Positions 1 through 14,820 of a stretch of DNA of 64,000 nt are shown here, one piece after another (position 1 is the stretch's first letter; every line of letters begins with the position of its first letter). The translations under genes and the position numbers were made by a program. This DNA is from Sphyrna mokarran (Eukaryota), in assembly GCA_024679065.1 (NCBI GenBank), contig JAGIQG010000008.1, positions 97,216,001 to 97,280,000 of the forward strand, written 5' to 3'. The notes under the pieces are model-generated. The model saw only the letters and a list, made by a program, of their open reading frames with translations. It did not search any database and was not told the origin of the DNA.

Positions 1-344
1 TTGATTGGGACTGGAAGGAGGCTAGTGGTCAGAGAGGGTCTGCCTCATGGGGAGTGGCAGTGTGAATCACTACTGTGGGGAGGGGGTAGTGTGGAGGGTG
101 GCAGTGCTGGAGATCGAAGCATTCCAGGAAGGGGAGGAGGGGGGCGTCAAATCAAATAAATTAACTCAAATTAACTGAGGGACAAAGTAAAAGAGGCAAC
201 TCCCCAAAAGGAGGGGGAACAAAGACTTAGGTCAGATGCAAATCCAAGTAGAAATCCAATAGTAATAAATAGGCAACACGCTTAAATGTTTGTAAACTAT
301 AATAAAAACAGACTGAAAAATCTTTAGCAAAGAAAGGAACGTAC

Positions 345-674
345 CTATCACTCTGAGCGTACTTTCTTGTGAAATGCCATCAGGACGAACTGACCGGTGA
401 GTCACAAAACATCTGTACACATCTCCATCATCATCCAATGTTGGTACAATTGTTATTTTGCTGGAAACACTGAAGGTTCCATCATTATTGGGAGTGACAG
501 CTCTGGAACAGACATCTGTTAGGTTTTTTGGTTCCTTAGATCCTTTGTTTGAGATCTTTTGCCAGATGAGTCCATGCTGCTCAGGGTAAAATCCTGTAAC
601 ATTACAACTCAAGGTTCCCTCAGATCCAATCAAAATCTTGATGTGTTCTCTGGATAAACTGATCACTGGCCGAG
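345..674 (-). CDS. Gene A exon: IgC1 domain of a B7-H6/NCR3LG1-like protein (gene continues beyond window start)
   Basis: Acceptor atgcAG|CTCGG and donor ATAG|GTAC on the minus strand; 330 nt, phase 1-1. Reads ARPVISLS...LSCNVTGFYPE...W...DVCSRAVTPNNDGTFSVSS...DGDVYRCFVTHRS, with C1-set motifs and the B7-H6-like 'N.DGTF.V.S'. Confidence 0.92.
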
Positions 675-1960
675 CTGCATTAAAGATAAATGTGAGAATA
701 GGTCAGATAGGCTTAAGACATTCCCAAAAAGATCTAAACTCAGATCTAAGTTATTCCATACAACAATGTTCCATAAACAACTTTTTGTCTGTCTTCAGCT
801 ATTCCAATCGTACAGGTTTCTACAAGATGGTGCACAATTATGCCCAGAGTAAATTAATCTCAAATTTGGATGGAAACATTCCAAATTCATCTGTCACCAA
901 TAAGGATGGGGAGAAATTGGAGAAGAAGGATAAAACATCTTTAACACATTTCTAAATGAAGGGGAAGAAAAAAATACATGCAGTCTATAAATCATTTCTT
1001 AATATCAAAGGTCATCCCAAGATTTTAACAATCAATTAAGTACTTTTGAAGTGTAATAGTTGTTCATGTAGGAATCATGGCAGTCAATTTTCACATAACC
1101 AGCAAACAATTTGATTAACAATGATCAGAAGATCAGTTTTCTTAAAGGTAAATCTCCCACTCTTAGATGGATTTAAAGGTTGGGACAGCACTATCTCTGT
1201 TGTCCCATCCTTTTTAGTTTAGTATCTCATCTTCAGTTTAGCTTTAGTTTAGTATCTCATTGAGACACCACACCTCAAAGTAGGGAACACCCTCAGTGAT
1301 GCACAATGCAGTATCAGCTTTTAATTATTTGATTCAAGCTCTGGAACGGGGTGCAAAACCACAAACTTCTGACAAAGATAAAAGTGCTCCAAAAGAGTCT
1401 AAATTAATACATAAGATGCTTTGGTGGGAAATACTAAAAAAGGATTTAGATTACTGAAGGAATGCTGGAACTGGGGAGGCCACAGCCAAAAGGATGGTGT
1501 ATTCTGGAAAGGGTCAGTAAAGCCTGGAGGAGGTTACAGGGACATGGAAAGCCAAGATCACAAAGGGTTAATTAAACAATTTAAAATTTAGGAACCATAA
1601 TTTATAATTATTTGTAACACAGTGCATTTTTTTTTGAAATGTAGAGAAGCAAGAGGAGACTATATGGTCTGTCAGGCACCCTCTACCATTTAAAATGATT
1701 ACAGCTGAACCTCCTCTTCAACTTAACTCTTTTACCTACTCCTCGTATCTTTTAGTTCCCTGAGACACCAAAACTCTGTTACCTCAACATATTCAATGAT
1801 TGAGCATCACAACTTTCTGGCATAAGAGAGCTCCAAAGATCCACAACCCCTTTGAATGAAGAAATCTCTCCTCTGTTCTAAATAATTGCCCTCTTACCCT
1901 AAGACTGTACTTTCATGTTCCCAAATCCCCAAACAGAAAGAAAATTCTGTGTCAATTCTG

Positions 1961-4150
1961 CCAAGCTTAAACAGAGGAGACTACAAAGGGATGAGGGAGA
2001 CATTGGCGAAGGTAGACTGGGAGCTAAAACTTTATGATGGGACAACTGAAGAACAGTGGAGGACTTTCAAAGTGATCTTTCACAGTGCTGAGCAAACTTG
2101 TATACCAGTGATAAGAAAGGACTGTAGAAAAAGAGATGATTAGCCTTGAATATCTAAGGAAGTAAAGAAGAGTATCAAATTGAAAGAAAATGCATACAAA
2201 GTGGCAAAGATTAGTGGGAACCTAGAGGATTGGGAAATCTTTAAAAGGTCAACAAAAAGTCATTGGAAAAAGCTATAAAGAAAAGTAAGATGGATTATGA
2301 GAGTAAACTAACTCAGAATATAAAAACAAGTCATAAATGTTTCTATAAATACATAAAACAAAAGAGTGGTGAAAGTAATCATTGGTCCTTTAGCGGATGG
2401 GAAGGAAATGTAATAACCGTAAATGAGAAAATGGCAGAGGTATTGAACAGGTATTTTGTGTTGATCTTTACGAACCGATGGAAGACACAAACAATATGCC
2501 AAAAATTGATGACAAGAAGGCTATAGCAGGTGAGGACCTAGAAACTATCATTATCACAAAGAGGTAATGTTGGGCAAATTAATAGGACTAAGGGTAGACA
2601 AGTATTCTGATGGAATGCATCACAGGGTACTGAAAGAGATGGCAGGAGAAATAACAAATGCACAAGTGGTAATTTACCAAAATTTGCTGGACTCTGGGGT
2701 GGTTCTTGCAAATTGGAAAACAGTAAACATGATGCCACTGTTTAAAAAAAGGAGGTAGACAAAAGGCAGGTAACTATAGGCCAGTTAGATTAATTTCTGT
2801 AGTAGGAAAAATGCTTGAATCTATCATTAAGGAAGAAATAGTGCGACATCTGGATATAAATTGTCCCATTGGTAAGATGCAGCATGGGTTCGTGAAGGGA
2901 AGGTCATGTTTGACTAATTTGGTGGAATTCTTTAAGAACATTACATATACAGTGGACAATGAAGAACCTGTGGATGTGGTATATCTAGACTTTCAAAAGG
3001 CATTTGACAAGGTGCTAGACCAAAGACTGCTACATAAGATAAAGGTGCAGTATTACGGGTAATACATTAGCATGGATAGAGGATTGGTTAATTAACAAAA
3101 AGCAAAGTGTGGGGGTAAATGGGTGTTTTTCTGTTGGCTATCAGTGACTAGTGGTGTGCCTCAGGGATCAGTGTTGGGACCACAATTGTTTATGATTTAC
3201 ATAGATGATTTGGAGTTGGGGACCAAGTATAGTGTGTCAAAATTCACAGATGGGATGGCAGAGCAAAGTGTCCAGAGGACGCTGAAAGTCTGCAGATAGT
3301 CTAAGTGAGTGGGGGAGGATCTGGCAGATGGAGTACAATGTTGATAAATGTGAGGTCATCCATTTTGGTAGGAATATTAGCAAAATGGATTATTATTTAA
3401 ATGATAAAAAATTGCAGCATGTTGCTGTGCAGAGGGACCTGGGCGTCCTTGTGCAAGACTCATAAGGAGTTGGTTTTCAGGTGCAGCAGGTAATTAAGAA
3501 GGCAAATGAAATGTTGTCCTTCATTGCTAGAGGGATGGAGTTTAAAAACAGCGAGGTTATGTTACTGCTGTATAAGGTACTGGTGAGACCACACCTAAAA
3601 TACTGTGTACAGTTTTGGTCTCCTTACTTGAGAAAAGATATACTGGCACTGGAAAGGGTACAGAAGAGATTCAATAGGTTGATTCTGGAATTGAGAGAGT
3701 TGGCTTCTGAGGAGAGACTGAGTAGACTGGGTCTACTCAGTAGAGTAGACCTGAGGAGAGATCTTATAGAAACATAAAAGATTATTCAGGGAATAGATAA
3801 GATAGAAGTAGGGAAGTTGTTTCCGTTGGCAGGTGACACTAGAACTAGGGGGCATGGCCTCAAAATAAGAGGAAGCAGATTTAGGATTGAGTTGAGAAGG
3901 AACCTCTTCACACAAAGGGTTGTGAAGCTATGGAATTCCTGCTCAGTGAAGCAGTTGAGGCTACCTCATTGAATGTTTTAAGGCAAGGATAGACAAATTT
4001 TTGAACAGTAAAGGAATTAAGAGTTATGGTGAGTGGGTGGGTAAGTGGAGCTGAGCCCATGGAAAGATCAGCCATGATTTTACTGAATGGTGAAGCAGGC
4101 TCAAGGGGCTAGATGGTCTATTCCTGTTCCTAGTTATTATGTTCTTATTA
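1961..4150 (+). mobile_element. CR1 LINE, 5'-truncated, degraded ORF2 (reverse transcriptase) plus 3' end
   Basis: Fragmented ORFs with [57 protein letters not shown]; stops and frameshifts. Confidence 0.9.
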
Positions 4151-5539
4151 AGCCCTTTCATAATCTTTAATATTTCATTAACATCACTTCTTTTGAGTTC
4201 TTGTATTTCCAGAGAATACAGACTTAATGTGTTTAACCTCTCATCAAAAGGAACAATCAAGTGAACCCTTTTTGTTGCAGGCTTTGATGTTCAGCCTTTA
4301 AATTGATAACTATTTTGATCCCTTTAAGTAACCAGATCAAGTCACAAAATTCCATGAAAAAACTGTTTTCATTTTAAGCTATAGCAAGGACCCTATAAAG
4401 TCATAGGTCACAGACTGTATGTAGCCAGAATTCATGGATACACAAACAATTATAGTTTCAAATTCAATTACATGTAATTGACATATTCCAATCAAGGTAT
4501 AGGGGTTCTCTCTATCCATTCACAGCTTCTAATTAAGGTTTCATCACACAAGATGCAGATATTAAAACCAATCACAATCATTCATGCCTACTTAATTATA
4601 TCCAGTGTGAAGACTTGATCAATGTTAGCTGATATCATTGTTACAAGTTATCATTAATGTTCCAGTTTGTGTCTGTGGATATCATTCCCTCTTCCCATGT
4701 CCAGATATCTGATTTAATGAATTCTCTCAGACTACCAGCCTTGATGCTTATCTGTGTTAGCTTTTATAAAGGCTTCTCATTTTTCTCATAGCAGCTTACG
4801 TGATTTTTTTTAAACTCGTGATTATTAACCTTTTCACATGCTGTCCCACCTCTAATGAAAGAAAATCATTTCTTAAGTATGGAGACCAAAACTGCTCAAA
4901 GTATTCCACAGTATGATTGTGACACAGTATGATTCTTGTACTCCAATCTCCATGAAATAAAGAACGACATGCTGTTTGTTTTCCTAACTGTTATACTGTA
5001 TCTGCATGCTAACGTTGTATCACCTATATAAGTAAACTTAAGTTTCATGCATTCCAACCTAGCTGTATAAAATCAGCAAACCTATATTCATTATTCACCA
5101 TCTCTTTATGTAAGCCAGCAACATAGATTGTAAATAGCTAAGGCCCCAACACTGATGCTTGCAATTTTCTATAGTGAAATTTTCTAAATCCTTGACAAGC
5201 AGGAAGTAGACAATATGAATTTGAATTTGAAAAGAATTGCTGTAGTAATTTGCCTTCAGTGAACATAGATTCTTCAGGGTTACGGAAAGAATGCACACAG
5301 AGTGAGTGAGAGTAGTGGTCAAAAAAACCCTCAGATATCCAACAGTATATCTGGCATAATATCAATTTCTTGAGTAACTTTTAAAAATTATATTTCATAG
5401 TAACACTCTTGGAATTTTGTTCATAGCTTGCAATTTTTCCCCACTTGATATATTCAATATTAGCAGCGTTCTTATTGCTTGCCTTGGCTGCAGTTCCAAT
5501 GTAGCTGTGTGGGCACATTTCTTGTGCTGCTTATTACTT

Positions 5540-8500
5540 TTCTCCCGTTAGGTCGCTTGATGGCTCTAGTGCTGTGGATGGATTCACTTTGGAGCATCCA
5601 CAATGCTGAGAAAGTTGTGGACAGCATGTTCAGTGAGCCAGTCACACCGTAGGTAAGATTTACTGAGGGAGATAGGGAATGGGTGACTGCCAGACAGAGG
5701 AAGAATAGAGAAGAAGTGCAGGAGTCCGTTGCAATCGTCTCCTTTCAAAAAGATATACAGTTTTCGATACTGAAGGGGTAGATAGCTCATAAGGGGAAGG
5801 TGGTTGTAGCCAGGTTCGTGGCACTATGGCTGGCTCTGCTCCATAGGACAGCAGAAAAAAATAGTGGTCGAGCTATAGTGATAGGGGATTCATTTGTAAG
5901 GGGAATAAACAGGCATTTCTATGGATGCAAACGAGACTTCAGGTTGGTATGTTGCCTCTCTGGTGCAAGGGTCAAAGATGTCTCGGAGCAGCTGCAAGGC
6001 ATTTTGGAGGGGGAGGATGAACAGCCAGCTATCATAGTGCATATAGGCACCCATAAGATAGGTAAAAAGCATGATGAGGTCCCAGAAGCTGTATTTAGGA
6101 AAGTAGGAGCTAAACTAAAAAGTAGAATCTCAAAGGTAATTTTCTCAAGATTGCTGAGTGCCATGTGCTAGTCAGAGTAGGAATGTCAGGATAGCCAAGA
6201 TGAATATATGGCATGAGGGATGGTTCAAGATGGAGGGATTCAAATTCCTGAGACTTTGGAATTGGTTCTGAGGGAGGTGGGGCCAGTACAAATTGGGTGG
6301 TCTGCACCTGGAAGGACTGGAACCAATTTCCTAGGGGGAGTGCTTGCCAGTGTTGTTGGGAAGGTTTTAGTTTGATGTGGTGGGAGATGGGAACCAATGC
6401 AGGAAACCAGAGGGAAGCAAAGTGGGGACAGAAACAAAAGGCAGTAAGGGGAAATATGGAAGGCAGAAAAACCAAAGACAAAAATCAAAAAGGTCCACAT
6501 TATATTTTAATTCTAAGAGGGCAATAAATGCCAAAAAAAACCTTGAAAGCTCTGTCTCAATGAAAGGAGCATTTGTAATAAAATGGATGAACAAAATGCG
6601 CAGAAAGTTATTAATGGATATGATGTAATTGAGATCACGGAGACCTGTCTCAGGGTGACCAGGGATGGGAACTCATCATTCAGGGGTATTCAATATTCAG
6701 GATAGACAGAAAGGAAAGAGGGATGAGGTCGTGTTGCTTGTTAAAAAGGAGATTAACACAATAATAAAGAAGAGCATTAGCCTGGACGATGTAAGATCTA
6801 TATGGATGGAGCTGCCAAACAACAAAGGACAAAAAACGCCACTGGGAATTGTGTACAGACCACCAAAGAGTAGCAGAGGTCAGGGATGGCATCAGGTAGT
6901 AAATTAGAGATGCACGCAATAAGGGTACAGCAGTTATCATGGGTGAGTTCAATCTGCATATTAACTGGGGTCACCACAGTGCAATGGAGGAGCATTTCTT
7001 CTACTGTATAAGGGGTGGTTTTCTCAACAAATATGTTGAGCAACCAACTAGAGAGTAGGCATTCTAGACTGAATATTGTGTAATGAGACAGGATTATCTA
7101 GCAACCTTGTGGTATGAGGTCCTTTGGAGGAGAGTGACCACTCTATGGTAGAATTCTTCATTCAGATGGTGAGTGACACAGTTAAGTCTGAGACTAGGTC
7201 CTGAACTTGAGGAAAGCTAACTTTGGTATGAGATGGGTATTGGCTAGGATAAGCTGGCAAAGGATACTTAAGGGATTGACAGTGGATAGGCAATGACAGA
7301 CATTTAAAGAACACCATGAATGAACTTCAACATCTGTGCATCCCTGTCTGGTGTAAGAACAAAACAGGGAAGGTGGTTCATCCATGGCTAACAAGGGAAA
7401 GCAGGGATAGTCTTAAAGCCAGAGGAGGCATACAAACTGGCCCAAAAAAGCTGAGTACTGTAAGAAATTTAAAATCCAGAGGAAGAGAAAAGGTCTAATT
7501 TGAAAGGAGAAAACAAAACATGGGAGTGGCTTGTTGAAAACATAAAAATGGACTGTAATAGCTTCTATAGACACGTGAAGAGAAAAAGACCGGTGAAGAC
7601 AAACGTAGGTCCCTTACAGTTAGAATCATGTGAATTCATCAGGAGCAACAAAGAGATGGCAGACTAGCTGAACAAATACTTTGGATCTGTCTTCACTAAG
7701 GAAGACACAAATAACCATCCAGAAATCCTAGGGGACAGAGGGTTTAGCATGAGGAGGAACTGAAGAACATTGTTATTAGTCAAGAAATTATATTGGGAAA
7801 ATTGCTGGGATTAAAACCCGATAAGTCCTTAAAGCTGTCTGCCCTGCATTCCAGAGTAATCAAGGAAGTGGTTCTAGGAATAGTGGATGCATTCCACCAT
7901 TCATTTCCAGTGAATTGGAGAGTGGCTAACATAATCCCACTTTTTAAAAAAGGAGAGAGAAAATAGGGAAATATTGGCCGGTTAGCCTGACAGCGGTGGT
8001 GGGGAAAATGTTGAAGTCAGTCATTAAGGATGTAATGATTGCGCAGGATTGGCCCAAATCAGCATAGATTCACTAAAGGGGAATTGTGCTTGACAAATTT
8101 TCTGGAATCTTTTGACCATATGATCAGTATAGTGGACAAGGGCGAACCAGAGGATGTTTGAATCTTGGAGTTTCAGAACACTTTTGAGATTAGTGAGCAA
8201 AATTAAAGCTCATGGAATTGGGGGTAATGTATTGACATGGATTGAGAACTGGTTGGCAGACAGGAAGCAGAGAGTAGGAATAAATGTGTCATTTTCACAG
8301 TGACAGGCAGTGACTAGTAGGATACTGCAAAGTTCGATGCTGGGGATCCCAGCTATTCACAATATACATTAATGATTTAGATGAAGGAATTGAATGCAAT
8401 GTCTTCAAATTTGCAGATGACACTAAGCTTGGTGGCAGTTTGTGCTGTGAGGAGGATGCTCAGAAGCTGCAGGGTGATGAGACAGGCTGGCTGAGTGGCA

Positions 8501-9300
8501 AATGCAATATAATGTGGATAAATGTGAGGTTATCCACTTTGGTGGCAAAAACAGGAAAAAAGATTATGATCTGAATGGTGAGAGTTTAGGGAAAAGGGAC
8601 ATGCAACATGACCTAAGTATTATGATGGGACAGTCACTGAAGGTTGGTATTTAGGTACAGCAGGTGGTAAGGAAAGCCTTCATAGCAAGAAGATCTGAAT
8701 ATAGGATAAGGATGTTTTACTCCAACTGTACAGGGCCTTGGTGAGGCCACACCTTGTGTCTTATGTGCAGTTTTGGCCTCCTAGTCTGAGGGAGGACATT
8801 CTTGCCATTGAAGGAATCCAGTGGAGGTTCACCAGATTGATTCCTGGAATGGCAAGGCTGACATAGGAAGAGAGACTGGATCGATTAGGCTTGTACTTAT
8901 TGAAATTTCGAAGAGTAAGAAGGAATCTCATTGAAACATATAAAATCCTGATGGGACTGGACAGGCTAGATGCGGGAAGGATGCTCCTGATGTTGGGGAA
9001 GTCTAGAATTAGGGGTCAGAGTCTAAGAATAAGGGGTGAACCATTCAAGATTGAGATGAGGAAGATCATCTCCACTCATAGTTGTGAACCTGTGGAATTT
9101 TCTACCACAAAGATTTAGGGCCAATTTGTTAGATATGTTCAAAAGGGAAGTGGATATGTTTCATGCAGCTAAAGAGATCAAAGAAGAGAAAGCAGGAATG
9201 GGATACTGAAAGTGCACGTAGGCCACAATCATATTGAATGGTGGTGCAGGCTCAAAGGGCCGAATGGCCTACTCCTGCACCTATTTTCTATGTTTTCTGT
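5540..9300 (+). mobile_element. CR1 LINE, near full length, degraded: ORF1 esterase (SGNH-type) domain, ORF2 endonuclease and RT
   Basis: ORF 5800-6171 has IVIGDSFVRG and IIVHIGT (CR1 ORF1 esterase); GIVYRPP (AP endonuclease) near 6845; RT C-terminus 8891-9118. Confidence 0.88.
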
Positions 9301-9689
9301 TCTGAGCAGTTGAAATTTGTTAGAGTACTCCACTTGATGAAACTTTTGGACATTTTACTGCTCATCACAATCGGGCATCAGATGATTTTCTAATTGCTTT
9401 AATCCAGTGTTATCAAGCAGATACTGTAGTTTGTATTGTTATCACATAAAACTCATCTACTCCACCAACATTCAACCTCTCTTTTCACCTTAAAGGGAAA
9501 TATCGCAGCTGCACTATTTTGAGTTTCCAGTTTCCCGCACTACCTACTTTGCTGATCTAAGAAGTGAAATTGTCAATTCCACACCAAAAATAAGATTCTT
9601 CAAATTAATTCACACACCGCTAGGTAATAGAGCAGAACATCATTCCATCAGCATAGGCGCCATGTTACAAAAGAAACTCTAGGTACAGA

Positions 9690-9910
9690 ATGAGCTACAC
9701 CACCTTCCCTCCCATCCCTCCACCATCATATCTTTGGTCCTGATGGGCAATGCCAAGGCGCCCAATAAGCTGAGCCCAGTCATGCCCCCAATTATATGGG
9801 GGTTCAGATGGCCTCATGAGCAACCCCTCCCCTTCCCCCCCCAGTGAGGCCATGGCACCTGGTCTCTGCTGGTGGAGACTAGCTGTGTTTGTTGCCAGTG
9901 CGTGGACCAA
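9690..9910. repeat. Unclassified interspersed repeat fragment, shared with 28700-28975
   Basis: Shared string cctggtctctgctggtggagac at about 9858 and 28933, in a similar C-rich context. Confidence 0.5.
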
Positions 9911-10111
9911 ACTGGATTTTTCATCCCGTGCACAATTTTACTGGCTCGCTGTTCATTGTGGCGAGGCAATAAGACCATATCCTCAGGCTTCAGAGATGAA
10001 AAGGTAATGTATCAACTCAAGGAGCCACTGAATCCAATTGGAGCCTGCTTATTTTACAGCTCTAGCTTAACATTTCCCTAACACAAGGGGTAGCATTACA
10101 GAGGGTCTTAC

Positions 10112-10450
10112 CTGAGACTTCCAACGTTGATTTCTCTTCTGCCTTTTCAGGTGTGATAAACACAATACAAGTGTACTCCCCTTCTTCAGTAAGCTGTATC
10201 TTCGGAAGATGAAGTGAAGCATCTCCTTTCTGTAATGCGTCTGTTGACATTTTTGCTCCAATTCTTTTTGAAGTAGCAGCTCCTCCATTAAAGACATAGA
10301 TTTCCTGATTGTTGGGCCCAAGCCATTGGATACCTACTTTTTTTAGGTTGAAGGCTGCTGGATTAAAGCCAAAAAACTTACATTCCAGGGAAATATCTTC
10401 ATTCACTAAGACACTCTTTGGGTTTGCAAACATTGTCACCTCCAAAGTTT
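10112..10450 (-). CDS. Gene A exon: IgV domain of a B7-H6/NCR3LG1-like protein
   Basis: Acceptor tatttAG|AAACT and donor TCAG|GTAAG; 339 nt, phase 1-1. ETLEVTM...ISLECKF...VGIQW...LQKGDASLHLPKIQLTEEGEYTCIVFITPEKA closely resembles the B7-H6 V-domain motif [26 protein letters not shown]. Confidence 0.93.
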
Positions 10451-10999
10451 CTAAATAAACAGAGCATTAAATATTAGTAGAATTGTTCAATTGTCAAAGC
10501 TAGAAATAAAAGAGATTCAGAATAAACTATTGAAACTATTGAGGAACAGTAGCAACTCAGATATTTGTCTTCAAAACATGGCAATGAAGTAATTATACCC
10601 AAATCATATCTATGATTCCCTAATGTGATTTTTAAGAAATACATTAATGGGATGTGGAAACCTCACAAAGACAACATTAGCTGCCTGTATCTAATTTCCA
10701 TCAAGAAAGTGGTGGTGAGTTATCTTCTTGAATTGTTGCAGTCCCTCTGGTGTAGATACACCCATAATGTGAAAGAAGGACTCCCAGATTTTGACCTGGT
10801 ATAGTTTCAATAGCACACATTGCTGCTGAAGAGCTTGTATCCCAGGATCACAACTCATAACCTATCCAGTTTAGAAAGCCAAGCCTTTAACTCTACTTAC
10901 CTGCCCAAACCTCAAACTTTGATTCCCTTGTCAAAACCATATATAACTCAGCCTCATATATATGGCACAGCTCTCTGGGCAAGGAATTCCTAGAATCCT

Positions 11000-11465
11000 G
11001 GAAACAGTTTTGGTCCTCTTCCCTAAGGAAAGATATGCTGGCATTGGAGGTAGTCCAAAGAAGGTTCACTAGGTTGGTCTCAGGCACGTAGGTATTTTCT
11101 AATGAGGAGAGGTTGAGTAATTTGGGACTGCACACATTAGAATTTAGAAAAATGAGGCGATCTTACTGAGACATGTTCAATTCTCAGGGGGCTTAAGTGG
11201 GTAGAGGAGGAGAGATTGTTTCCCCTGCGGGAGACTTTAGGGCCACCGGGCACAATCACAAAAAGAGGTCACCTTTTTAAGACAGATGAGGAGGATTTTT
11301 TTGTTTCTCGAGAGGGTAGTGAATCTGTAAACTTATTTATCGCAAAGAGTTGTAAACTTGGGAAGTGGGGTTGAGGATTATCATATTAGATCAGTCAATC
11401 AATGCCGGAGCAGACTCAATGGGCCAAATGGTCTACATCTGCTCCTATGTCATATGATCTTATGC
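11000..11465 (+). mobile_element. CR1 LINE 3' fragment, degraded
   Basis: QFW..LRKDMLALEVVQRRFTRL remnant followed by a CR1-type 3' tail. Confidence 0.75.
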
Positions 11466-12364
11466 AAAAGGGGAGCTAGGAGAGGAGTTACCTACTATGG
11501 AATTCCCAGCTTCTGATTTCCAGTTGATATTACAATACTTATGTGACTGTTCAGTTTCTGGTCAATGGCAATCACAGCATGTTGACAGTGGGGGGATTCT
11601 GAGGGTGGTAATACTGTTTAATATTAGAGGGACATAGTTAGACTCAGGTTGGAGATGGCCATTGCATTGCACACATGAGATGAACATTATTTGCCAAATA
11701 TCATCCCAAACCGTATCCAGGTCTTGCTGCACATGGATGTGGACATGTTACAAATGGTGCTGAAAATGGCACAATCATTAGCAAGCATCACCAATTCTAA
11801 CCGCTTGGTGGTGGAAGGTCATTGATGTGGAAACTGAAGATGATACAGCCTGAGACATTATCCTGAGGAATTCGTGTTGCAATATCCTGAAACTCCAACT
11901 ACAAAAACAGGATCTTGGTGTTACTCCAACCAGTGGAATGTTTTTCCCTGATTTCCATTTACTTCAATTTTACCACAGTTAGTTGAATGTTGATTTGATG
12001 TCAATGACAATCACTCTCGAGTTTAGAAGGGGGCAGGAGTGTTTATTTGGAAGCCTAATGGTGAAACAGGAAACTGGATACCAATTTTTCACTTAATATT
12101 GATTTATGAAATTGTATTCTGTAAATAATTCTATGTAATAAATTCCTGCCTTTTATTCCAGAGGTCTCTCTGTATACGCTTTAAAAATAAATTAGAGAAC
12201 AAACAAATTTCTGATCCATTCTTATGGGGTAATCTTCATTATTTCAACACAACTAATTAAACTTTAATAGAAACTTAGCAAATTAAAACAGCACTTTGGG
12301 AGTGATGATGCTCTTTAGCCCCTCCAGTACCAACAGTCATATAAGGGCTCCAGTTTTTTACGCT

Positions 12365-12652
12365 TAAAGTTTATTTACTATTGTCACAAGCAGACTTACA
12401 TTAACACTGCAATGAAGTTACTGTGAAAATTCCCCCAGATGCCACACTGTTGTTCAGGAGATGTTAATGGGCCAATCCCCTAACCAGCCTGTCTTTCAGA
12501 CTGTAGGAGGAAAGCAGAACACGTGACAGAAACCCAGGCAGACTTGGAGAGACCATGCAACTCCACACAGATAGTGACCCAAGCCAGGAACCGAACTCAG
12601 GTGCTTGGCGTTGTGAGGCAGCAGTGCTAACCATGCTAACTGCTGTGTCGCC
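12365..12652 (-). mobile_element. tRNA-derived V-domain SINE (HE1-like)
   Basis: The reverse complement carries the tRNA-like head (GGTTAGCACTGCTGCCTCAC) and a degenerate V-domain core. Confidence 0.75.
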
Positions 12653-12799
12653 AGCTTAGTAGTGCACAGGTTGTCCACCATATCCAGCGACTACTGGGCA
12701 AAAATGCAATCATAGAAGACAGAAGATTCAAACAAGGAGCAGGAGTAGATCATTTGGTTCCTCAAGCCTACCCTGCCTTTTAATAAGATCATGGTTTTT

Positions 12800-13275
12800 T
12801 TTAATTCATTTGTGGGATGTGGGCTCCACTTCTGGCCAGTATTTATTGTCCGTCTCTAGTTGCCCTTGAGAAGGTGGTGGTGAGCTGCCTTCACAAATTG
12901 CTGCAGTCCACATGCTGTAGGTTGACCACAATGCTGTTAGGGAAGAAATTCCAGGATTTTGACCCAGTGACTGTAAAAGAACAGCGATATATTTCCAAGT
13001 CAGGAAGGTGAGCGGTTTGGAGGGGAACATGCAAATGGTAATGTTCCCATGTATCTACTGCCTTTGTTCTTCTAGATGGAAGCGGTCATGGGTTTGGAAA
13101 GTACTACTTAAGGATTTTTGGTGAATTGCTGTAGGGCATTTTGTAGATAGTACATACTGCTGCTACTGAGCATCGGTGGTAATGAGATTGAACATTGTAG
13201 ATGTGATGCCAATTAAGTGGCTTGCTTTGTCTGGGATGGTGTCAAATTTCTTGAGTGTTGTTGGAGTTACACCCA
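12800..13275 (-). mobile_element. LINE 3' fragment (family also seen at about 55635-56265)
   Basis: Clear similarity to 55635-56265 (ccaggattttgacccagtgac...atttccaagtcagga). Confidence 0.6.
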
Positions 13276-14340
13276 GTAAGAAGTCTGACAACACCAGGTT
13301 TAAGTCCAACCTTAAATGGTTGAATGGAGCAACCTTGCATTAATTTGTCTTTCCCTACACCCTAACTATAACTGTAGCACTACACTCTGCATTCTCTCGT
13401 TTCCTTCTCTATGAACGATGCACTTTTTCTTTATAGCATGCAAGAAACATTATTTTTCATGTATCCTAATACATGTCACAATAATAAATCAAACATGGAC
13501 CACGCAAATGGCTGTTGACTTCGGGCAGGATTTCCTGGCCTTAGGGTGAGTGCGGCCAAAATATCCTGCCCATCTTCTCCGTTTCCATTTTGTCCAGACC
13601 TTTTTGGATCGTGTATGTTTCAAGCAAGTTACCTCTTACTTTTTTAAACTCCAATGGAGATAGTTCTAGCCTGTCCAGCCCTTCCTCTTAAGACAATGTG
13701 CCCATTCCATTAGCCTGCTTCAGTAAGAAAATCAAGGTTGTACACTGCAGTCCAGATGTGGTCTCATTGATGCCCTATATAGATGAAGCATAACCTCCCT
13801 ATTTTTATATTCAATTGCCATTGCAAAAAATCAAAATATTCTGTTAGTTTTCCTAATTAATTGTTGAATGAGAATACTAGCCTATGGTGATTCATGCATT
13901 GAGACTCCAAGGTGCCTCTACATTTCAGTGTTTTGCAATCTGTCACCATTTAAGTAATAAGCTTCTCTTTTATTTTCCCTGCTAAAATGGACAATTTCAC
14001 ATTTTCCAATGTTACACCACATTTAGATGTGTTAAATCACTAGGCAAACATTGGCTATATCCATTTGTAACCTCCTCATGTCATCTTAAGAACTGATTTT
14101 TCCACCTATCATTACATCACCAGCAAATCTGGCAACCGTCCAGTTATCCAAATAATGTATTTAAACTCTAAATAGTTGAGGTCCCAGCACTGATCCCTGG
14201 GGCAAATCATTTGTTACATCTTGCCAAACATGCCAGCCAGTCAGAATAAACAGTGCTCTCAACTGCCCAATGCCTAGACCATTAGGTCCACTTGGTCAGA
14301 CCCAAGAGCAAACCAATGAGAAGTCCTCTAAACTGGATGC

Positions 14341-14820
14341 TGAAGACTTGCAGCATCCAAAAATTCTTGGTATGAAAAGCCTTCATTTCAAATTTACTTT
14401 AAGTAGACTCGGTTAAGGTGAAAATTACAAGGTATCTTAAATATAGAATAAAGATTCACCATGTGCCTAATACAATATATGCAAAGATATTGTCTGTATA
14501 ATCACAATTTAAGCAAGTATTATGAAATTAAACTACATTAATGTGTTTCCTGTGAATCCTGAACCAAGAAACTAACTACCCACTCAGCATGATGGGACAT
14601 AGACAGTATGAGACAGACCAAATACTTTTGGGATAAAGGAGCATAGAGGAGCAGTTTTGCTTATCAGCTTGAGTGAGTCAGCTGCAAGCTAATCAGGCTT
14701 GGAATGTATGGGAGTACATTGATCCATGGTTGCTGAGGCTGGTGCAGTGTCTCAAATTGATGTGTGAGGCGGATTTGACATGAGTAATGGCTTCTCCTAC
14801 GAATTAAAATTTGCAGGCAT
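14341..14820 (+). mobile_element. LTR (solo-like copy) of the endogenous retrovirus family found at 16894-23835
   Basis: Starts TGAAG and aligns with the LTR that follows env and the polypurine tract at 22991; ATTAAA near 14803. Right end uncertain. Confidence 0.6.

Noticed and set aside
5800-6171. SGNH esterase-like ORF as a cellular enzyme
   Set aside because: It is the standard CR1 ORF1 esterase domain, directly upstream of ORF2.
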